64,000 nucleotides of DNA from an uncultured virus (IMG/VR IMGVR_UViG_3300045131_001195) (Duplodnaviria; Heunggongvirae; Uroviricota; Caudoviricetes), in IMG/VR virus record IMGVR_UViG_3300045131_001195, positions 1-64,000 of that record, one strand, 5' to 3'. The notes under the pieces were generated by a model that saw only the letters and a program-made list of their open reading frames with translations, made no database searches and had not been told where the DNA came from. The position numbers were made by a program, and so were the translations under genes. How positions within the stretch are numbered: the stretch's first letter is position 1; the number at the start of each line of letters is the position of its first letter. This document shows, piece after piece, positions 55,776 through 64,000 of this stretch.

Positions 55776-58741
55776 TATTCGCAAATTAAAGTTATATCAA
55801 TACCAACGTTTATCACCAATGTACTATCATATGTATTTTCATTGTTGCAAGCAAAATCAACAAAAGTAACATTGTTATTGTTTGGTAAAGAATAATTTAT
55901 ATCATATTTGGTCACCCCTTCTAATCCTGTTAAAACTGCTGAATTCCAAGCAGAACTAGTAGGAACATCATCACTACCCAAACCATTATAAAACTCAACT
56001 TTGGATACTATTGTATTATTTAATATTATTTCAACATACCAAGTTGTCAATACATTATCACTAGAACATGTATCACTAAAATCAAGTTTTGCCTCTGAAA
56101 TACTATCACCCAAAATATCATTAAATGATTTTGATGGATAAACTAGAAGATTAATATTATTTTTATCGCATATATCTTTAAATATTGGTGAAGTGATATA
56201 CTCGTCTCCATCTGCAATTGATGTTAAACCAAATACCACAACACCATTGCCTGTTGTTATCACTTGTGGTGATGTTCCTCCAGTTATACTAAATCTTTTA
56301 TATGCATATTTTTGTCTATGAAATGGTGAATTCTCATATTTAACACCCCCCATCCATAATGTTGTTGCTGGAATCATTTGTTCAACAAGATTAATCCAAT
56401 TTGGGTTAATCCCATTCACATATTCAATTAATTTATCATAAGTATATTGATTGGTATCAATATTATTAGTTATCTTTGCTTCAATATATTTCCAAAATAT
56501 GGATTGTAATACTGGATATCCCCCGGTTTTACCATCTGTGATGTATAACCTATTCCTAACATTAATCATATCATTTGCAAAAGTTTGAGCAAATTCAAAA
56601 AATGATTTTGATTTTGGTTGTGGATTAATTATGGTTGAATCTGTTCCCCCAGTTGTAGGATAAGGATATGTTAATCCAGATTGCGGAATTGGGTAATCCT
56701 TTTCTCTTGATTGAACCCATATATCATAAAGCAATCCTTGTGCTGGATTTAAAAATAAACTAACATTTTTTACATTTAACAATAATCTCTCATCTGGTAA
56801 AGTATAATAAGCATTATAATCCCCATCAGATGAATTTCTTAATAATAAATTAGAACTATTCCAAGATTTTTTATTATCAATAACTTTCTCCAAACTAAAC
56901 CCCTCATCAATGTATGGAAATTTCCTTAACCTATCCAAATATTTTTCACCATACGTTAATTTCTCAAATTCAACCCCATAAGTTATTTCAGTCCCAACTT
57001 GCCTTCTGGTATTAACTTGTAAACTTCTATGTTCAGGAGTTAATTGATACCAACCTGCCCCCATCTGAAAGAAAAAATCATCTGTTTCTTTTATCTGTGG
57101 ATAACCTGTTGTCACATCAAGGGGGTAATTAACTTTAGTGGTATTTACAATTCTGGTATTTGCTGTAAATGCACTATATGTTCTACCTGAAAGTGGATAT
57201 GTTGTACTTAATACAATTGGATCATTATCAATATATGACCCAGTATTAATTTTAACTAATTCAGAATTAAATTTATCTAAATTTATTTTTTGGTCAGCCA
57301 AATAAATATGTTCATTAAATTCTATTAATGCATCTGGTATGCCAAATAATTTAAGAATAAACTCAATGGATTTTCTTGTCCCCTTGGATTTGAAAAGGTA
57401 AAATGAATTTATAACCAAATTTCTATAAAAAGAATAGTTTAATTCTAATGGAGTTTGTGAACGATTATATGCTGGAAATTTAAAATCACTATTATTTCCA
57501 AATAAAGATTCAACTAAAGTCTGATCCGTTATAAATTGGAAATTCTCTGCCCAACCTAATGTATTTGCCAAATTTGATAATAATTGTGATGGTATATCAT
57601 TTTTTGGGGTATAATTAACAGAATTCATAAAAGCAAGAGAATCAATAAACTTCTTAACTTCATCAAAACTTCTACCATATATCTGTAAAACACTTTCAAC
57701 CCTTCTGTCAAATGTATCAAATTCTTTCAAAGAGTCTGAAACCAAAAATCTTGAAATTAAATTTGTCCTAACACTATCAAAGTATTCTGCAATTTCTTGT
57801 AATTCATTTATATAATTGGTGAAACTTGAACTTGAAATGTCAATATTCCAAATACCATCTAATGGAAATGTAATATCCCTATTATATACCAAAAATTCCC
57901 CATTGATATTTTCTTCTGGGACTTGTAAAGTCATAGTATATTTTGGTATGGATATGGTATTTAGCATATATTGCTCAATCTCATCAAAATCAGTTTTTAA
58001 TACCAAATTATACAAATAATCATTTGGCTTGATGATATAAGAATCAACTGATTGAGAACCCCCAGAAAATGGATTACCTTCAACAATAATCTTTAACACC
58101 CCAGTATTAAGATTATTTGATTTATCCAAATTTAACAAGGGATAATTTACCCCATTTAATTGCAAATCATAATCCAAATAAAATTTTGATAAATTTCTAT
58201 ATTCTGAAATAGCAATTTCCCTAGATTTTATATTAGTTTCAGCATTTTTAGAAAAATCAATTCCAAATGGGTTATATATTTTTTCAATATTTATATCAAA
58301 TTCAGTTTCATTTAAAACTTGGTCATATAAAATATTTGTTGCTGTATATCCTGTACTAAAATTAATATCATATAAATTTATATCAATTGATGCTGGATAA
58401 TAATTTATTATTTTTGTTATAGATACTGAAAATCTTTTTGCCAATGATCCATATAAGGTAAACCCCATAACTTGGGTCAAATCATAGTTGGGGTAAACAT
58501 TTAATTCCTTTGAAACTAATTCCCTAAAACTACTATTATTATCAATACTTAAAGATTCAAGAGTTATTGGATTACTAAATGAATTAACATATAAAGTAAT
58601 AGGGGCATCATCTGTTATGGATGACCTAAACTCAAAAGTTCCAAGCGTTAACCCCCCTCCTTCAGTAACTTGAAGTCCAACAATATTATCAAAAACTCCA
58701 ACCCCACTACCAGGTGAATCTGTTATAATTATTTTTGGCAT
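55775..58741 (-). CDS. Large baseplate wedge-like structural protein
   Basis: LFKSKGTRKSIEFILKLFGIP motif typical of myovirus wedge proteins. Confidence 0.6.
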   Translation of the reverse strand: MPKIIITDSPGSGVGVFDNIVGLQVTEGGGLTLGTFEFRSSITDDAPITLYVNSFSNPITLESLSIDNNSSFRELVSKELNVYPNYDLTQVMGFTLYGSLAKRFSVSITKIINYYPASIDINLYDINFSTGYTATNILYDQVLNETEFDINIEKIYNPFGIDFSKNAETNIKSREIAISEYRNLSKFYLDYDLQLNGVNYPLLNLDKSNNLNTGVLKIIVEGNPFSGGSQSVDSYIIKPNDYLYNLVLKTDFDEIEQYMLNTISIPKYTMTLQVPEENINGEFLVYNRDITFPLDGIWNIDISSSSFTNYINELQEIAEYFDSVRTNLISRFLVSDSLKEFDTFDRRVESVLQIYGRSFDEVKKFIDSLAFMNSVNYTPKNDIPSQLLSNLANTLGWAENFQFITDQTLVESLFGNNSDFKFPAYNRSQTPLELNYSFYRNLVINSFYLFKSKGTRKSIEFILKLFGIPDALIEFNEHIYLADQKINLDKFNSELVKINTGSYIDNDPIVLSTTYPLSGRTYSAFTANTRIVNTTKVNYPLDVTTGYPQIKETDDFFFQMGAGWYQLTPEHRSLQVNTRRQVGTEITYGVEFEKLTYGEKYLDRLRKFPYIDEGFSLEKVIDNKKSWNSSNLLLRNSSDGDYNAYYTLPDERLLLNVKNVSLFLNPAQGLLYDIWVQSREKDYPIPQSGLTYPYPTTGGTDSTIINPQPKSKSFFEFAQTFANDMINVRNRLYITDGKTGGYPVLQSIFWKYIEAKITNNIDTNQYTYDKLIEYVNGINPNWINLVEQMIPATTLWMGGVKYENSPFHRQKYAYKRFSITGGTSPQVITTGNGVVVFGLTSIADGDEYITSPIFKDICDKNNINLLVYPSKSFNDILGDSISEAKLDFSDTCSSDNVLTTWYVEIILNNTIVSKVEFYNGLGSDDVPTSSAWNSAVLTGLEGVTKYDINYSLPNNNNVTFVDFACNNENTYDSTLVINVGIDITLICE

Positions 58742-59634
58742 TATTCTAGTATATTATCTAAATTTTTACTTATGTCAACATCATCCCCCCTATCTTGTCT
58801 AACTTCATATAATAAATTAGTAAATTGGTTTCTAACTTCAAATAAATTATATTGTTTGTAAATATTATTTGCTGTATCATATAAAGTATAGATACCATCT
58901 TCAACTGATTTAGTTTGGTTGCCAAATAAACCAATTGCCAATGTGGATATATCATGTTCAACCATTTCAATTTCAAGCGTTGTGGGGTTGAAATAACTAT
59001 TTGTTATAATAATTTCTTGATTTGGCTGCCCAATAAATGGAACTGCATTGGTTTTGTTTGAAGGTGAACTACTTGGTGATAATGTTAAAAACACCAAATT
59101 AGTGTCATTATCAACATATCTATATCTAATTGATTTTACACTAGTATTTACTTCATTTGTCACTATGGGTTCACAAAAAAAAGATGATGTAACTATTCTA
59201 AAGAAATTTGGAACTTTTTGTTTATTATTTAAATATTCAACACGATACCCAACCAACTCTTGGGGTGATGCAAATTTATTTCTAAAGTCTGCTGGAACAT
59301 TATCCAAATTGATAACAATCCCCTTAACATTAGGAAGAGCACTTAACACCCCACAATCAGTAATTTTTGTTCTAATTTGTGCTGGTCTTAAATAAACAGT
59401 ATAATAACCCAATGCATTAAATTCTGTTGCTGGTAATGTTAACTTATATAAACCCCCCAATAATTCAACATTATTTGCATCCTCAAAATAAGGGGTCAAA
59501 ATATCAGTTGCTGATAATTTTTTTTGCACAATTGTTTCACTCTGATCCCTGGTTGGGGAGTAAACCATTATAATCTCAACATCTTCAGGATTTACATCAC
59601 TAGGTCTAACCGTGCCATATGTACCAATTGCCAT
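58741..59634 (-). CDS. Virion structural protein (hypothetical)
   Basis: 297-aa ORF, TATTTAT upstream, structural cluster. Confidence 0.7.
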   Translation of the reverse strand: MAIGTYGTVRPSDVNPEDVEIIMVYSPTRDQSETIVQKKLSATDILTPYFEDANNVELLGGLYKLTLPATEFNALGYYTVYLRPAQIRTKITDCGVLSALPNVKGIVINLDNVPADFRNKFASPQELVGYRVEYLNNKQKVPNFFRIVTSSFFCEPIVTNEVNTSVKSIRYRYVDNDTNLVFLTLSPSSSPSNKTNAVPFIGQPNQEIIITNSYFNPTTLEIEMVEHDISTLAIGLFGNQTKSVEDGIYTLYDTANNIYKQYNLFEVRNQFTNLLYEVRQDRGDDVDISKNLDNILE

Positions 59635-59669
59635 AATTTTTTTTTATATTAATATAAATAGTTTATTCT

Positions 59670-60701
59670 TTATTTATTTGTTAAATTAAAATATCCATAT
59701 CCATATTTTTCCATATCTAACAAAGTTCTCACCTCACCAAGTCTTTGAACTCTTTCATATCCAGAATTTTTCCCCCTCTCAATAAAAACATTTGAAAAAA
59801 TTTGAACATCAGAAACGCTCTTCATTAATAAATCATTTTTAACAATTGGACTTGGGTATATTGGCTCTTTTTTAATATTTGTTTTAAATATTGTTATTCC
59901 ATTTTGATAATCAATATAATCAATATTGCTAATGGTATATGCTGTGAAAATGGTTTCTTTAATTTCTGTTAATTTTCCCTCAAAACCATTTTTATTTACC
60001 AACTTACCAACTTTAAATTCATCTTTACCATAAATAGCCAAATCATTTAATCTTGATTTTGTATAACCAGACACATCAACTGAACTAACATCATTGTATG
60101 AATATTTTTTTAATCCAGTATCCCCTGTGAAGATATAATCATAATTTATATTAGTATTCTTCCAAGGACCAGCATTTGGTATATATGATGTTGTGCCAAA
60201 TGGATTTGATATGGTAGCTAATTTAAATGGTTTTTTTATTGTCTTACTGACAATGTTTGAACCAAAATTATTTCTTTGTGTTAATGTTAAAGTAAATTCC
60301 CCATCTGATTTGGTATAAGTATGGCACAATTTAGGAGATATCATTTGTTCAATTTGCCCATCACCCCAATCTATCAAATAAGTAGAATCCAATGTTGATG
60401 TCTTAACTATTGAGGTATTTGAAACACAAATTCTACTATCATTTTCCCCAGAAAATACAAAGTTTGTTGCAACATCTTTTTGTGTTATTGCACCATCAAA
60501 TTCTGAATAATACCCCATATCAACAATATCTTGCGTTAACAAAATAGGAATTGTTAATCCTGTTAATGTTGATGCCCCATTTGTCCCACCTGATAAAATA
60601 TTTGTCATACCAGTATAAACGCCAATTGTCTTACCACTATAATCAAAGTATTTAATTAATGATGATACCGACTCAGGGGATATTTTAATTTTATATATCA
60701 T
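59670..60701 (-). CDS. Structural protein with PKD-like motif
   Basis: YLIDWGDG...HTY...FTLTLT. Confidence 0.65.
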   Translation of the reverse strand: MIYKIKISPESVSSLIKYFDYSGKTIGVYTGMTNILSGGTNGASTLTGLTIPILLTQDIVDMGYYSEFDGAITQKDVATNFVFSGENDSRICVSNTSIVKTSTLDSTYLIDWGDGQIEQMISPKLCHTYTKSDGEFTLTLTQRNNFGSNIVSKTIKKPFKLATISNPFGTTSYIPNAGPWKNTNINYDYIFTGDTGLKKYSYNDVSSVDVSGYTKSRLNDLAIYGKDEFKVGKLVNKNGFEGKLTEIKETIFTAYTISNIDYIDYQNGITIFKTNIKKEPIYPSPIVKNDLLMKSVSDVQIFSNVFIERGKNSGYERVQRLGEVRTLLDMEKYGYGYFNLTNK

Positions 60702-61288
60702 TTTCTGCTTATATATTCATACCATAAAATTGGTGATCCAGAAATACCAATCCTATTATCTTTTTTAATATCAAAATATTCATATGTCTTATTATCATAA
60801 TCCAATTTTAATTTATAATGAAAATCAAAAACTTCATTTAAATTATATCTATCACTCAAATTTGAATCCCCTTGGCAAATATTTGACATTCTTTTAACCA
60901 TTCCAGTTTTACCATTGAAAAATGTTGCACTAACATAAAAAGTATCAAGATTAAATATTGTCTTATCCCTTAACCAATAAATATAAAAACCCTCTGTATT
61001 AATGTCGTGATCCAAATAATACTCTGGAATTATTAAATTATTTGATTGAATTCCATTGCTGGCTTGTAATATAGTTGTAAAATATAATTTTTGCGATTTA
61101 CTAAAAGGGGTGTCATAATAATCTAATTTGAAAAATGAATTATTAAAACTATTTGTATTAAATCTTACATCATTTTCAATATATCCATTATTTGGGGTCA
61201 AATACGTTGTCTTCCAATTTATATTATTGGTAATATCAATTCCTTGTAAAAAATTAAATTTTATATTTAAACTATAATCTGTTGCCAT
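60698..61288 (-). CDS. Hypothetical structural protein
   Basis: ORF in structural operon. Confidence 0.7.
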   Translation of the reverse strand: MATDYSLNIKFNFLQGIDITNNINWKTTYLTPNNGYIENDVRFNTNSFNNSFFKLDYYDTPFSKSQKLYFTTILQASNGIQSNNLIIPEYYLDHDINTEGFYIYWLRDKTIFNLDTFYVSATFFNGKTGMVKRMSNICQGDSNLSDRYNLNEVFDFHYKLKLDYDNKTYEYFDIKKDNRIGISGSPILWYEYISRK

Positions 61289-61292
61289 TATA

Positions 61293-62198
61293 TTAATTTT
61301 TTATACATCTAACCGAATACCCATTGTTTTTATCATCACATTGGAAATCCAAATTATTATTATTATATTTTAATTGAATTATTTTGGCAAAATTAACAAT
61401 ACATCCAGTTGTTGTATTAGTCCAAAAAGTACCCGTTTCCCCAAAGAAATTAAAATTACCATTATACACTCTTCTACCTGCTGGATAACCACTAAATCCA
61501 CTAGTATTTGTTGCCCCATCATTTGGGCTATCCCACCATACAACTCCTTCTGTTTTCATCTTCCCACCTGAAATACTATTACCCCCCAGATATGTGGATA
61601 AAGTTGCATAGTCAGCCAATGTGGGAACTCTATACTCGGTTGGACATAGATTAGTTGTTGCATAAAAATTATACAAATACCCAAAACAATTATCAATATT
61701 ATTATTATTATATGCACAATAAGCACCAATTGTTAAATTACTCCAAGTTGTACTATTAGTTACATTTGGAATATCAGCACCATTATTATACCTTGTTGTT
61801 CTTAAATTTTCTGTAAACCAAGTTTGTGTTCCAATGGTAGCTGTACCATAATAATTCCCATCCAAATCTGTAACATAAGTTGTACCAGAACAAGTATTGA
61901 CACTTATCAAAACACCACTTGAATTAATATTGAATACCGTACCCTTTGTACTGCTAACATACCAACCTTCAGGTAATATCTCATAACCAGTATCTGTCCC
62001 AATGTAAATAATATCATTAATCTCTATTCTCTGTGGAGTTCTTTGGTTTGTCACATATAACTTATCACAATCCCCCACACAAGTTGTTGGTATTGTTGTG
62101 CAAAATATTGAATTACAAGCATCACCACTAGTTGCATGATTAAACCAACTTGAACATCCACTACCAGGTGTTGGCGCATATACGTTAAATTCACTCAT
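61293..62198 (-). CDS. FISUMP (Fib_succ_major) domain protein
   Basis: VTDLDGNYYGTATIGTQTWFTENL, GYLYNF, CPTEYRVPT, GFSGYPAG, GYSVRCIK. Confidence 0.9.
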   Translation of the reverse strand: MSEFNVYAPTPGSGCSSWFNHATSGDACNSIFCTTIPTTCVGDCDKLYVTNQRTPQRIEINDIIYIGTDTGYEILPEGWYVSSTKGTVFNINSSGVLISVNTCSGTTYVTDLDGNYYGTATIGTQTWFTENLRTTRYNNGADIPNVTNSTTWSNLTIGAYCAYNNNNIDNCFGYLYNFYATTNLCPTEYRVPTLADYATLSTYLGGNSISGGKMKTEGVVWWDSPNDGATNTSGFSGYPAGRRVYNGNFNFFGETGTFWTNTTTGCIVNFAKIIQLKYNNNNLDFQCDDKNNGYSVRCIKN

Positions 62199-62199
62199 A

Positions 62200-62760
62200 T
62201 TAATTTGAATTACAATTTTGATTGAATACTATTAGATTATTTGATGAATAATATCTTAATTCCGTTGCTGATGGTGTTGGCGTCATTGTTGGAGTTGTTG
62301 TATTTGTTGGTGTTATTGAAGTTGTTGGTGTTATGGTTGGTGTTATTGATGGTGTTATTGAAGTTGTTGGTGTTATAGTTGGTGTTATTGATGGGGTTGG
62401 TGTAAATGTTGGTGTAGCAGATGCTGATGGTTGTATAGTTGGTGTAACTGATGGTGTTGGTGTATATGTTGGTGTTGTCGTATTGGTTGGTGTTACAGTA
62501 GAGGTCATAGTTGGGGTTGGTGTTGGGGTTGGTGTTGGTGTTGGCGATGCTGACACTGGAATTGGAGGAAAATATCCCTTATGTTGAAATCTAACTATCT
62601 CGTAATCTATCTTATCATTTATTGCATTGCTAATTATTGTATCTTCATATTGTTCAATAACATCATCTTGACCTAAATTTTCCACATTAATACTAACAGG
62701 AATGCTTATGGTTAAATCATTAACATTTGGTAATCTTAATTTATATTTATTCACACTCAT
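62200..62760 (-). CDS. Structural protein with long Pro-Thr tract
   Basis: [13 protein letters not shown] then ~90-aa TP repeat. Confidence 0.7.
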   Translation of the reverse strand: MSVNKYKLRLPNVNDLTISIPVSINVENLGQDDVIEQYEDTIISNAINDKIDYEIVRFQHKGYFPPIPVSASPTPTPTPTPTPTMTSTVTPTNTTTPTYTPTPSVTPTIQPSASATPTFTPTPSITPTITPTTSITPSITPTITPTTSITPTNTTTPTMTPTPSATELRYYSSNNLIVFNQNCNSN

Positions 62761-64000
62761 CAATAATAGGTTTTACAACAACACCGCTCCCATCATTTAA
62801 TAATGAATTAAAATCATACCCAGAAGTATCTGGTATTAATTTGAATATTACATCTGAAAATGGATAAAATGTATCATTAACATATGGGTAATTAACCCCA
62901 TTTGAATTCTCATCAAAAAAACCAACACTATAAATATCTCTCCACCTAAATTGGGCATCAAATTTTGAATAGAATGCATAGCTTGGGATGTTATCTTTTG
63001 ATGTTAAACCAACTGATTCAACATAATTTGAAAATACCTTTAATGTCATTCTATTATGTGGCTTATAATAATATCCTGACTTATTATTATCATAACCAGC
63101 AACCCTAAAAACACTTTCATTATGTTTTATTTTATAATAAAAATCTGAAATAACAATCTCCTCTTGATTATATTCATTATATTCACAAAAATCACCATCA
63201 AATTCATTGGGGGGATTGTAATAATAAAAATTTGATTTTGCGTCATCTGAATATGATATTGCCATAATATTGCTATTGGATAATGTGTTGCTATCATCCC
63301 ACCAATCACTAACTGACTCACTTCTATTAAAATCCCAGCCTTGTTTCATTGGTTTATTTTTTGATGCAAAAAACCCAGAATACCCTTTAAATAAAATTGT
63401 TAAATATAATTCAGTTAAAGGTCTGTTTCTATTATCAACAATTCCTTCAATATCAATTTCATCCTGTATGGTAAAATTATATGATTTATTTGAACCTATT
63501 CTTTTTGTTGGGAATTTATTATTATTATCATCATAACTTAATGTTTCTATCCCATCATAAATACCAGATTGAAATCCTGCTTTTGTGGCAACAACTCTAT
63601 CACCCCCTTTTATAACTTTGTGTTTTCTAATATAATATTTTGAAATGGTTTCACCGCTATTGGCACTATTTGTAACACGCCTTAATGTTCCATATACATT
63701 TCCTTTTATTTTATCATTAATGTTAATGATGTTAATTATAGTCTTTTCAGAATTAAAAGAACCATCACCAAATGATAATATATTATGCAAAGATTCATTA
63801 TTACCAATTTTAATCATCACACTCTCCCCTAAATTCAAATTATGATTTAATCCACAAATAATTTTTGTCACATTAAAACCATTAATTGTTATATTTTCAG
63901 AAACAAATGGAATGCCATCACCAGCAACCCATTCAAAATCTTTTCCCTTAAAACCAATATTTAATATCTTTTTATTATCTTCAGAAGATGGATAAGTTAA
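62747..64000 (-). CDS. Structural protein (partial, 5' end beyond window)
   Basis: Frame of 62747..63871 stays open to position 64000 ([16 protein letters not shown]...). Confidence 0.75.
   Translation of the reverse strand, partial: LTYPSSEDNKKILNIGFKGKDFEWVAGDGIPFVSENITINGFNVTKIICGLNHNLNLGESVMIKIGNNESLHNILSFGDGSFNSEKTIINIININDKIKGNVYGTLRRVTNSANSGETISKYYIRKHKVIKGGDRVVATKAGFQSGIYDGIETLSYDDNNNKFPTKRIGSNKSYNFTIQDEIDIEGIVDNRNRPLTELYLTILFKGYSGFFASKNKPMKQGWDFNRSESVSDWWDDSNTLSNSNIMAISYSDDAKSNFYYYNPPNEFDGDFCEYNEYNQEEIVISDFYYKIKHNESVFRVAGYDNNKSGYYYKPHNRMTLKVFSNYVESVGLTSKDNIPSYAFYSKFDAQFRWRDIYSVGFFDENSNGVNYPYVNDTFYPFSDVIFKLIPDTSGYDFNSLLNDGSGVVVKPIIDECE

Noticed and set aside
31579..62198. Diversity-generating retroelement acting on FISUMP or Kelch genes
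   Set aside because: No reverse transcriptase and no template/variable repeat pair differing only at adenines was seen in this window.
1..64000. tRNA, rRNA, integrase or IS elements
   Set aside because: None recognised by eye; intergenic gaps are short and AT-rich. A covariance-model scan was not possible.

Overview
AT-rich, densely coding segment of a large (jumbo/huge) tailed phage genome, read in standard code 11 with almost all genes on the minus strand. The host is probably Bacteroidota, judging from TAnnTTTG/TTTG promoters, A-rich leaders lacking Shine-Dalgarno sites, an Hc1-type histone-like gene and a region-1.1-less sigma70. Positions 1-28 kb carry accessory, probable head-packaged, lysis and replication/recombination genes (DnaJ, sigma70, Mre11/Rad50, primase, RuvC). 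Positions 28-64 kb carry virion structural genes, including a giant Gly-Ser-Ser-Gly-Thr-Ser collagen-like fibre, three tandem Kelch propellers and a modification cluster (two glycosyltransferases, a sulfotransferase, three 2OG-Fe(II) oxygenases). Top candidate for a new system: an HNH homing-type endonuclease lies directly upstream of a DHH phosphoesterase gene whose catalytic motif HQDLDG is broken by a 9-nt insert with an in-frame UAA between matched Leu codons (CUC-UAA-GGG-CUU), next to a GC-rich 19-bp mRNA stem. This resembles a miniature T4 mobA/gene 60 ribosomal-bypass cassette. Other candidates are a T3-like SAM lyase near a catalytically dead mini-MetK, an Ntn-hydrolase zymogen apparently activated at a head-protease site, and blade shuffling among Kelch genes. 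All family calls are motif recognition by eye; no searches were run.
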